Shown: positions 56,784 through 64,000 of the stretch, piece by piece
Layout: each line of letters opens with the position of its first letter
Numbering within the stretch: the first letter of the stretch is position 1
Notes under the pieces: model-generated
What the model was told of the DNA's origin: nothing
Database searches by the model: none
Seen by the model: the letters and a program-made list of their open reading frames with translations, nothing else
Program-made: the position numbers and the translations under genes
Origin: Chloroflexota bacterium
GTDB taxonomy: Bacteria; Chloroflexota; Dehalococcoidia; JACQUD01
Direction of reading: 5' to 3'
NCBI GenBank assembly: GCA_016210485.1
Contig: JACQUD010000059.1
Coordinates: 20,800-84,799 of the forward strand
DNA length: 64,000 bases

Positions 56784-59107
56784 GGGCGAGCGATCTCCCG
56801 AGCCCGCCGCCGGCGCTCCTGCCACCGGTCGAGCCATACGATGAGCGGAGGCAGGACTACCAGGCTGCTCACCAGGGCAAAGAAGATGTTGAGCATGGTA
56901 ACTATGCCGAAGTCGCGCAGTATGAGGAACTGAGTGGCGCTAAGTAGGGCAGCGAACCCGGCGAAGGTGGTCAGCCCCGAGGCGACGATGGCCCGCCCTA
57001 TCCGAGTCATGGCCTCTATCATGGATGCCTCCGGGGCGCTACCCTTTCCACGCTCTTCATAATAACGCATCATGAGCAGAATTGTGAACTCCGTCCCTAT
57101 GCCCAGGATGAGGGCCCCCAGGGTGGCGGTCATGGGGGTGAACTTTATGCCCAGAAGATACATCACCCCGCTGGACCAGCCCAAGACAAGGGCGATGGGC
57201 AGCGTAGCCACGAAAGCCTTCATCGCATTGAGTCTGAAAACAATGAGCAGCACCAGGAAAATGAGACCCATTCCCAGGAACGTCATCTGTCGGCGACCCT
57301 GGGTGAGGGCGTTGAACAGCTCCAGCCAGATCGTGGGCGCGCCGGTCAGGCTGGCATGAATCCCTGGAGGCAACTCCCTTATCTCTGCCTTCAGGGATGG
57401 CACCAGCCTCTGGACATCGTCGATATTGATTCGGCCCAGCTCTACCACTATGTTGGCCGATGTGTAGTCTGGGCTGAGGAAATTCCTTCTGACCTGTGCC
57501 GATATTTGCTCCAGGGTTGATCTCACGGTCGCCGCATCCTCGGGCAGCTTGTCACCGTTGGTCTGGGCCACCAGATCGGCTACGCTGCGCACCCTGGCCA
57601 CCTCGTTCTTATAGTTGGACTCGATCCTCGCCTGGAGGCGGAGCATCCAGCCCAGCACAGCGGGGTCGCTGACGTCCTGGGCCTCCACCAGCACGCTGAG
57701 GGAGCTGGCACTGCCGACGATTTTCTCCAGAGCATTGAGGGCTTTGATAGGCTCCAGCTCTTGGGATATGAACTTGTTCTGGTCGGTCTCTACACCCACC
57801 TTGGTATCCAGAAACAGGCCGGCCCCGGTGAGCACGAGGGCGATAGGTAAGATGAGCGCGGGCCTAGCGATGACCGCTCGAGCCAGCCTGGCCAGGCCGG
57901 CTTGCACCCATTCCAAAGCCCTGGGCTGACCATATGGCTCGCTCTGTGTCCCAGGTTGAGTAGCGTTAGCCTTGATGGCGTTATTCTGGGAGCGCCGCCC
58001 TCGCCAGTAGAGCAGGGCCAACACCAGGAAGACAGCAGCCACAAAAGCTGTCGCCAGACCAATGATGAGCATGATGGCGAAGTCCCGCACCATGGGGAGC
58101 GGAGAGATGAGCAAGGAGGCAAAGCCCAGGCTGGTGGCTATCAGGGCCACCGTCACCGCTGGCCCGATGTGAGGCAGGGTCTCGTGGACGGCCTCGGCAG
58201 CAGTGGGGCGACGGCTGAACTCCTCATCGTAGCGATTGTGGAGCTGTATGCCATAGTCCACGCCCAAGCCGATGAGGATGGGGAAGACCGCTATAGTAGC
58301 CATGGACATGGAGATGCCCAGGGCACCCATAATGCCGAAGGTATATACGATGGTCACCACCACCACGCCCAGGGAGAGCCAGCGCCAGGGGAAAAGGCCG
58401 CGCACCCGAAAAATGACAGCTAGGATGACCAGCATGAGGAGCACAGAAATGATGAGCATGGTGCGCAGGCTGGAGGTCATCAGGTCGTTTATCACGGCGC
58501 TTATTGTCCCGGCGCCCGTGGGGGTGGCCTCTATGCCTTGCCAGGGGAGTCCCTTCACAATGTCAGTTATCTTGGCGGAAGTTGCCTGCTCCTCATCCAG
58601 GCTGAGGTCGCTCCGCAGCATTATCACGATGAGGCCATGCTGCCCGTCGGGGAGAACAGAGCGGAACTCCGGTTTAACCTCGCCGTCGCTGGCGAATACC
58701 AAGCTACGGATGGCCTGAGAGTCTGAGGGGAGCTCTGGCCCTCCCCCCTGACGGGCCGACATTTGCTTCACCAGCACCGCTGGGCCCACCACGGAGATGA
58801 CCGCTGGGTCGTCGACGACCTGGGACTCCAGGCTCTCCTCGGCCCTAAGGTTCTCAGGGAGCACTATCTGGTCCAGGCTATTGCCCGTGAGCAACACCAC
58901 CATGTTGTTGCCGCTGAAGTTCTGGCTGAACCGCTGGAAGTCCTGGTAGGTCTGCGAACGGGGCGAGATGAAGGTCTCTATGCCGCTGGACATGGTCAAG
59001 CCTCGAGCGCCGAGGAACGAGAGGATGGCCAGGGCCAGGCCTGCCCCCAGGATAGTGGCCGGCCGGGCAGCGATGAACTCAGCTAGCTTCTGAAAGGCTC
59101 GGCTCAT
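56780..59107 (-). CDS. MMPL/RND-superfamily membrane exporter (HpnN/MmpL-like)
   Basis: 775 aa. Two 6-TM bundles each preceded by a large periplasmic loop, MMPL-type organisation. Confidence 0.85.
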   Translation of the reverse strand: MSRAFQKLAEFIAARPATILGAGLALAILSFLGARGLTMSSGIETFISPRSQTYQDFQRFSQNFSGNNMVVLLTGNSLDQIVLPENLRAEESLESQVVDDPAVISVVGPAVLVKQMSARQGGGPELPSDSQAIRSLVFASDGEVKPEFRSVLPDGQHGLIVIMLRSDLSLDEEQATSAKITDIVKGLPWQGIEATPTGAGTISAVINDLMTSSLRTMLIISVLLMLVILAVIFRVRGLFPWRWLSLGVVVVTIVYTFGIMGALGISMSMATIAVFPILIGLGVDYGIQLHNRYDEEFSRRPTAAEAVHETLPHIGPAVTVALIATSLGFASLLISPLPMVRDFAIMLIIGLATAFVAAVFLVLALLYWRGRRSQNNAIKANATQPGTQSEPYGQPRALEWVQAGLARLARAVIARPALILPIALVLTGAGLFLDTKVGVETDQNKFISQELEPIKALNALEKIVGSASSLSVLVEAQDVSDPAVLGWMLRLQARIESNYKNEVARVRSVADLVAQTNGDKLPEDAATVRSTLEQISAQVRRNFLSPDYTSANIVVELGRINIDDVQRLVPSLKAEIRELPPGIHASLTGAPTIWLELFNALTQGRRQMTFLGMGLIFLVLLIVFRLNAMKAFVATLPIALVLGWSSGVMYLLGIKFTPMTATLGALILGIGTEFTILLMMRYYEERGKGSAPEASMIEAMTRIGRAIVASGLTTFAGFAALLSATQFLILRDFGIVTMLNIFFALVSSLVVLPPLIVWLDRWQERRRRAREIARP

Positions 59108-59125
59108 AGATGTCTCATATCGCGG

Positions 59126-60787
59126 CTAGCGGGGCTGGCCCAGCCGGGCCACCTCCGCCTCCAGGTCGGATTCCTCCAGCTTGACGAAGAGGGGCTGAGG
59201 GGCGGGCAGCCTCTGGCCTGCCTGGGGGACCTGCCACTCCCACCGGTCACCAGCTCCGGGGAAGCCCAACATGAGATGCAGCTTCTCGGAGCTGAAAGGG
59301 AGGAACGGGTAAAGCATGGTCTTGAGCCCAGCGATAACGCCCAGGGCGGTGTGCATGGCTGTGGCAGCCATCTCCGGGTCTTGCTTTATGTTCTTCCAGG
59401 GGGATTTCTCTTCCAGGTAGCGATTGGACTCCCCGGCCAGGGCCATGGCGGCCCTGATGGCCTCCCGAAAGCGACACCTGGAGAGGAGTCGGTCAACCTC
59501 GTCCAGGGTGGACTGGGCCCTCTGGAGGAGAGCCTGACTGGAGGTGTCGGCCTCCCCAGGATGGGGCACCTGACCGTTGAACTGGCGCTGAGTGAAGGTG
59601 AGCACCCGGTGCACCAGATTGCCGTAGGTCGCCACCAGCTCGTCGTTGTTGCGGCGGTAGAACTCCCGCCAGGAGAAGTCGGTGTCCGAGGTCTCGGGCA
59701 TGTTGATGGAGAGGTAGTAGCGCAGGGGGTCAGGGGCGTAGCGCTCCAGATAGTCCGGTAGCCATACCGCCCAGTTGCGACTGGTGGAGAATTTCTGCCC
59801 TTCGAAGGTGAGGAACTCGTTGGCAGGCACGTCGTAGGGCAAGGGCAGGACTCCATAGCCCAGGAGCATAGCTGGCCAGATGAGGGTGTGGAAGGGGATG
59901 TTATCCTTACCGATGAAGTAGTAGCTCTTGACACCCTCCTGCCAGAAGGGAAGCCAGGCATCTTTTTGTCCTTGGCCCTGGGCCCATTCCTGGGAGGCCG
60001 ACAGGTAGCCTATCACCGCCTCGAACCAGACGTAGATGCGCTTGTCCTCGAAGCCCGATAGAGGAACAGGCACCCCCCAGGCCAGGTCCCGGGTGATGGC
60101 CCGGTCTTTCAGGCCCTCTTCGATGTAGCGCCGGGTGAAGTTGAGCACATTGGACCGCCAATGGCTTTGCCTCCCCACCCATTCAGCTAGGGGCTTGGCG
60201 AAGGCGGAAAGGCGGAAGAAGAGGTGCTCCGAGTCCCTCATGATTGGCTGGCTGCCGCAGAGCTTACAGCGCGGGGACAGCAGGTCTGCGGGGTTAAGCG
60301 TCTTGCCGCACTTGTCGCACTGGTCGCCCCGGGCGTCGGGGGAGGCGCAGTGGGGGCAGGTGCCCTCCACGTAGCGGTCGGGGAGGAAGCGGCGGCAGGA
60401 GGGGCAGTAGGGGAGGGGCATGGTGCCCTGGTAAATGTAGCCCTTCTCCTTGAGGCGCAGGAACATATCGTGCACCGCCCGGGCGTGGTTGGGGGTGCCG
60501 GTAGTGGTGAAGAGGTTAAAGGTGATGCCCATGCGCTGCCAGCAGCCCAGGAACTCCTGGTGGAACCGAGCCACCACCTCCTGAGGAGAGTGGCCCTCCT
60601 GCTCCGCCCGCACGGTGATGGGGGTGCCGTGCTGGTCCGAGCCGGAGACCATGAGCACAGTGTTGCCCTTCATCCGATGGTAGCGAGCGAAGATGTCAGC
60701 GGGCAGGTAGGCCCCGGCGAGGTGACCTAGATGGAGGGAGCCGTTGGCGTAGGGCCATGCCACCCCAATGAAGATTCTCTCTATCAT
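59126..60787 (-). CDS. metG: Methionine--tRNA ligase
   Basis: …WPYANGSLHLGHLAGAY… HIGH motif, KMSKS-region, zinc knuckles CPHC/CDKC. Start ambiguous: 60787 (MIERIFIG…) or 60817. Confidence 0.93.
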   Translation of the reverse strand: MIERIFIGVAWPYANGSLHLGHLAGAYLPADIFARYHRMKGNTVLMVSGSDQHGTPITVRAEQEGHSPQEVVARFHQEFLGCWQRMGITFNLFTTTGTPNHARAVHDMFLRLKEKGYIYQGTMPLPYCPSCRRFLPDRYVEGTCPHCASPDARGDQCDKCGKTLNPADLLSPRCKLCGSQPIMRDSEHLFFRLSAFAKPLAEWVGRQSHWRSNVLNFTRRYIEEGLKDRAITRDLAWGVPVPLSGFEDKRIYVWFEAVIGYLSASQEWAQGQGQKDAWLPFWQEGVKSYYFIGKDNIPFHTLIWPAMLLGYGVLPLPYDVPANEFLTFEGQKFSTSRNWAVWLPDYLERYAPDPLRYYLSINMPETSDTDFSWREFYRRNNDELVATYGNLVHRVLTFTQRQFNGQVPHPGEADTSSQALLQRAQSTLDEVDRLLSRCRFREAIRAAMALAGESNRYLEEKSPWKNIKQDPEMAATAMHTALGVIAGLKTMLYPFLPFSSEKLHLMLGFPGAGDRWEWQVPQAGQRLPAPQPLFVKLEESDLEAEVARLGQPR

Positions 60788-60954
60788 AGCATTCAATGCT
60801 GGACTCCATATTAGCACAGATTGGGGGGATAGGGAAACCTAAAGGGGGGCGAGGCCCCAGGCTCGAGCCAGGGGTATATCCAACAAGGCTAATGGGCCAA
60901 TGCATCGACCCGCGGGCAGTGGGTTAGAAACCAACAAGAGAGGGTTAAGGCTCG

Positions 60955-61785
60955 TCAGAGAACTTGCCCCAGCTTCAGCCAGGCTCGGTAGAGCTCCCGG
61001 CGAGGCAGGCCGGTGGCTTGAGCAAGCTGGGACAGGGCCTCCCGGGCCGGCAGTCCCTTTTTCTTCAGACGGCGCATCTCCGCCGTTAGTTTGGGTGAGA
61101 GGCCAGGGAGTGTCTTCTCCTTCTCGCGCCCCTCAATGACCAGGGTGCACTCGCCCCGGGGCTGCTGAAAGTGCTCCAGGGCCTGGCTGACCCGGCCCCG
61201 AAACACCTCCTCGTGGAGCTTGGTGAGCTCTCGGCAGACGGCGATCCTTCTATCTCCCAATGTTTCCAGGATATCGGTCAGGGAATCCCGAAGGCGGTGG
61301 GGGGCCTCGAAGGCCACCAGAGTTCGCCCCTCTTCAGCCAGAGAGGACAGGAGCTTTCGCCTCTCTCCCTTCCGCCGAGGCAGGAACCCGAGATATAGAA
61401 ACTGGTTTGTTGGCAGCCCCGAGACAGAGAGGGCGCTCAGCACCGCCGAGGGGCCTGGGATGGGGACAATGGGGATGCCCTTCTCCAGTGCGGCGGCCAC
61501 CAGCTCATAGCCGGGGTCGCTGATGCCGGGGGTGCCCGCCTCGGAGACCAGGGCGACATCTTTTCCTTCCCCCAGGGCTCCAAGGAGCTGGGGCAACCTG
61601 GCCCTCTGGTTCCCCTGGTGGAAGCTGAGGAGCCGGCCATGCAGCCCATGGGCCGAGAGGAGCTGGCGTGCGGTGCGGGTGTCCTCGGCGGCGATAAGGT
61701 CCACCTCCCCCAATATCTTCAGAGCCCGGAGGGTAATGTCCTCCAGGTAGCCGATGGGTGTAGATACCAGATAGAGGGCGGACAC
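60955..61785 (-). CDS. rsmI: 16S rRNA (cytidine1402-2'-O)-methyltransferase
   Basis: MSALYLVSTPIGYLEDITLRALKILGEVDLIAAEDTR… tetrapyrrole-methylase fold. Confidence 0.92.
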   Translation of the reverse strand: MSALYLVSTPIGYLEDITLRALKILGEVDLIAAEDTRTARQLLSAHGLHGRLLSFHQGNQRARLPQLLGALGEGKDVALVSEAGTPGISDPGYELVAAALEKGIPIVPIPGPSAVLSALSVSGLPTNQFLYLGFLPRRKGERRKLLSSLAEEGRTLVAFEAPHRLRDSLTDILETLGDRRIAVCRELTKLHEEVFRGRVSQALEHFQQPRGECTLVIEGREKEKTLPGLSPKLTAEMRRLKKKGLPAREALSQLAQATGLPRRELYRAWLKLGQVL

Positions 61786-61914
61786 AACGTTCTCTCAGGC
61801 AATCTATTGTATCCTGAGGGGTGGCGGATGTCCAAAAGAGTCCCTTGTTATATTTGTGCTAGAATAATCGGAAAAAGCTGGCATAGCCAGAACATAAGGA
61901 TAAAGGATATTCGT

Positions 61915-62829
61915 ATGCTGGATGTTTTTCTCAATGTAATCCTGCCCACTTTCCTGGTGGCCGCCATTGCAGCGGCGTTTCAGCGATGGCGGAAGGTGTC
62001 AATCGCTCCGTTGAACCAGGTGATGCTATACATCCTTGCTCCGGCCCTCATCTTCACGTCCCTAGTGCAGCAGGAGATGCCTGCCTCGGTATCGGGGCGG
62101 ATAGTAGCTGCCATGCTGCTGGCCACGGCCTTTGTCTTGGTAGCCAGCACCATCATCAGCCGGTGGCTGCGGCATGACCGGGCCATGAGGAGCGCCTTCA
62201 TGCTGTCTACAGGATTCCCCAACTCAGGGAACATGGCACTGCCCATCCTGCTGCTGGCCTTCGGCCAGCCGGGGCTAACAGTGGGCATCATCGTTTTTGT
62301 GACCCAGGCCATCACCGGGCAGTCCCTGGGTATTTTCATAGCCGCCAGGAGCCAGATGAGCGGCCTAGCGCCGCTAAGACAGGTCTTCAGACTACCCGCT
62401 ATCTACGCTATTTCAGCAGCGCTCCTGGTCAGGCTGCTGGGTATTGATCTGCCCTTTACAATCTCCCGCCCTGTAGAGATGTTATCTCAGGCAGCTATTC
62501 CAGCGATGCTGGTGGTTCTGGGATTGCAGCTCGGGACTGGCTTCGGGTTGGACAGCCCCCCAAGCCTGGTGGCGGCGCTCACTGTTCGGCTGCTGCTTTC
62601 GGCTCCTTTGGCTTATCTGGCCACGGTGCTGGTGGGATTGAGTGGCCTTTCCCAGAGCGTGGTCATCATAGTGTCGGCTATGCCGGTGGCCGTTTTCACC
62701 ACCATCCTCGCCGCCGAGTTCAAGGCAGGCCCCAAGTTTGTCACCAGCGTCGTTATAGCCAGCACTTTCTTAAGCGTATTCACCTTGACGGTCATCATTT
62801 CGGCGGTGAAGGCTTTCATCGGTGTATAG
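61915..62829 (+). CDS. AEC-family (auxin efflux carrier / malate permease-like) transporter
   Basis: MLDVFLNVILPTFLVAAIA… 10-TM inverted-repeat AEC architecture. Start at internal ATG 61915; the track ORF extends antisense into rsmI. Confidence 0.82.
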   Translation: MLDVFLNVILPTFLVAAIAAAFQRWRKVSIAPLNQVMLYILAPALIFTSLVQQEMPASVSGRIVAAMLLATAFVLVASTIISRWLRHDRAMRSAFMLSTGFPNSGNMALPILLLAFGQPGLTVGIIVFVTQAITGQSLGIFIAARSQMSGLAPLRQVFRLPAIYAISAALLVRLLGIDLPFTISRPVEMLSQAAIPAMLVVLGLQLGTGFGLDSPPSLVAALTVRLLLSAPLAYLATVLVGLSGLSQSVVIIVSAMPVAVFTTILAAEFKAGPKFVTSVVIASTFLSVFTLTVIISAVKAFIGV

Positions 62830-62899
62830 CTAGAGCCTTTACAGGGGGCTGCTTATCTTGTATCCTGGCTTCGAAATCACTGTCTGAGGAGTCATTTCG

Positions 62900-64000
62900 A
62901 TGTATCGAGCACCCCGGGGCACTCAGGACATCCTGCCCCAGGAACAGCCCTACTGGAGATACATAGAGGCCAGGGCCAAGGCCCTATGCCAGCTCTATGG
63001 CTATGAGCGCATAGACACTCCTATTTTTGAGGAGGCGGGCCTCTTCGTCCGCTCCATCGGCTCCGGCACCGACATCGTGGAGAAGGAGATGTACACCTTC
63101 CCCGACCGCAGCGGCGACTCTATGACCCTGCGGCCCGAGGGCACGGCCCCGGTGTGCCGGGTCTACCTGGAGCATGGCATGGGCTCCCGCCCCCAACCCG
63201 TGCGCCTCTACTACGTCTCCCCCATCTTCCGCTATGACCGACCTCAGAAGGGCAGATACCGTCAGCACCATCAGTTCGGGGTGGAGGCTCTGGGAGAGGC
63301 GGACCCTCTCCTGGATGCCGAGGTCATGGAGATGGCCTGGCGCTTCTTCACCGACCTGGGCATCTCGGATTTCTCCATCCTTCTCAATAGCATCGGCTGC
63401 CCACAGTGTCGACCTGCCTATCTGGAGAAGCTCAAGGACTACTACTCCCGGCTGGCCCCCCGGCTCTGCCCGGACTGCCGAAGGCGGCTGGAGCAGAATC
63501 CCCTGCGTCTGCTGGACTGCAAGCAGGCCTCCTGCCTTCCGTTGGGAGAGGATGCGCCTCGCAGCGCCGAGCACCTCTGCTCCGAATGTACAAGCCACTT
63601 TCAACGTCTCCGGAGCTATCTGGACGCCCTGGGCCTGCCCTACCGGCTGGACCACCGCCTGGTTCGAGGCCTGGACTACTATACCCGCACGGTATTCGAG
63701 GTCCAGCCCTCGGAGGAGGGCGCCCAGAGCGCCCTGGGTGGCGGGGGCCGCTACGATGGCCTCATTCAGGAGCTAGGGGGCCGGCCCACTCCGGGCGTGG
63801 GCTTCGCCGCGGGCATAGAGAGAGCCGTCCTGGCCCTGAAGCACCTGGGGACGCCGGTCCCACCTCTGCCCCGACCCCAGGTTTGTCTGGCCTATCTGGG
63901 AGATGGCCTGGAGGCGGCCAGGCTGGCCTCGGCGCTACGCCAGAAGGGAATACCCGTCCTTATGGCCACGGGGAGTCGTAGCCTCAGGGCCCAGCTCAGG
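62900..64000 (+). CDS. hisS: Histidine--tRNA ligase, 5' portion (continues beyond window end)
   Basis: Manual translation from ATG 62900: MYRAPRGTQDILPQEQPYWRYIEARAKALCQLYGYERIDTPIFEE…RPEGTAPVCRVY…GGGRYDGL… (class II motifs 1-3 region). Not in the ORF track because no stop lies in the window. Confidence 0.9.
   Translation, partial: MYRAPRGTQDILPQEQPYWRYIEARAKALCQLYGYERIDTPIFEEAGLFVRSIGSGTDIVEKEMYTFPDRSGDSMTLRPEGTAPVCRVYLEHGMGSRPQPVRLYYVSPIFRYDRPQKGRYRQHHQFGVEALGEADPLLDAEVMEMAWRFFTDLGISDFSILLNSIGCPQCRPAYLEKLKDYYSRLAPRLCPDCRRRLEQNPLRLLDCKQASCLPLGEDAPRSAEHLCSECTSHFQRLRSYLDALGLPYRLDHRLVRGLDYYTRTVFEVQPSEEGAQSALGGGGRYDGLIQELGGRPTPGVGFAAGIERAVLALKHLGTPVPPLPRPQVCLAYLGDGLEAARLASALRQKGIPVLMATGSRSLRAQLR

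Overview
This is a high-GC (~62-65%) bacterial chromosomal window, densely packed with housekeeping genes and interrupted by several lower-GC accessory islets.

Housekeeping content:
- Five aminoacyl-tRNA synthetases: proS, serS, lysS, metG and a 3'-truncated hisS.
- A pyrimidine operon on the minus strand (pyrR-pyrB-pyrC-carA ... carB-pyrK). Its PyrR-binding attenuator and a -35/-10 promoter are recognisable.
- purA, lipA, proC-yggS-yggT, greA, ybeY, dnaX-ybaB-recR, recO, rsmI.
- Two tRNA-Ser genes flanking an alkyltransferase-like gene.
- Na+-decarboxylase beta/gamma/biotin subunits, a CaCA antiporter and an MMPL/RND exporter.
- Various flavoproteins and radical-SAM enzymes.
- A 5'-truncated sensor histidine kinase at the window start. 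The kinase and hisS run off the window edges and are not in the ORF track; I found them by translating the edges.

Most notable: two diverged paralogous copies of an uncharacterised module sit about 10 kb apart in low-GC islets.
- Each has a MORC/MutL/Hsp90-class GHKL ATPase (~510 aa) followed by an overlapping ~155-aa partner gene.
- Copy 1 (40.1-43.8 kb) additionally carries a sigma-70-region-4 / HARE-HTH protein.
- Copy 2 (52.7-55.0 kb) is inserted exactly between recR and recO and carries a divergent 75-aa gene.
- Each copy has its own sigma-70-like promoter.
- I cannot assign these to any named defence or regulatory system from sequence alone. They are the best candidate for an undescribed system.

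Second notable region: the carA-carB junction is split by a ~2.2 kb insertion.
- It contains a VapBC toxin-antitoxin pair and a low-GC Mrr-cat restriction-endonuclease-like fusion protein.
- The VapBC cassette is bracketed by a 53-bp imperfect direct repeat derived from the 3' end of carA.
- An extra low-GC membrane-protein gene is spliced between pyrC and carA with ATGA start/stop overlaps.

Other observations:
- A GraL-like intrinsic terminator in the greA leader, followed by a 650-bp low-GC non-coding stretch.
- A decayed 3' fragment of a DUF1786-like gene.
- An in-frame low-complexity insertion in proS.
- A CxxCH motif in the kinase sensor domain.

No CRISPR array, rRNA, transposase or integrase was seen.
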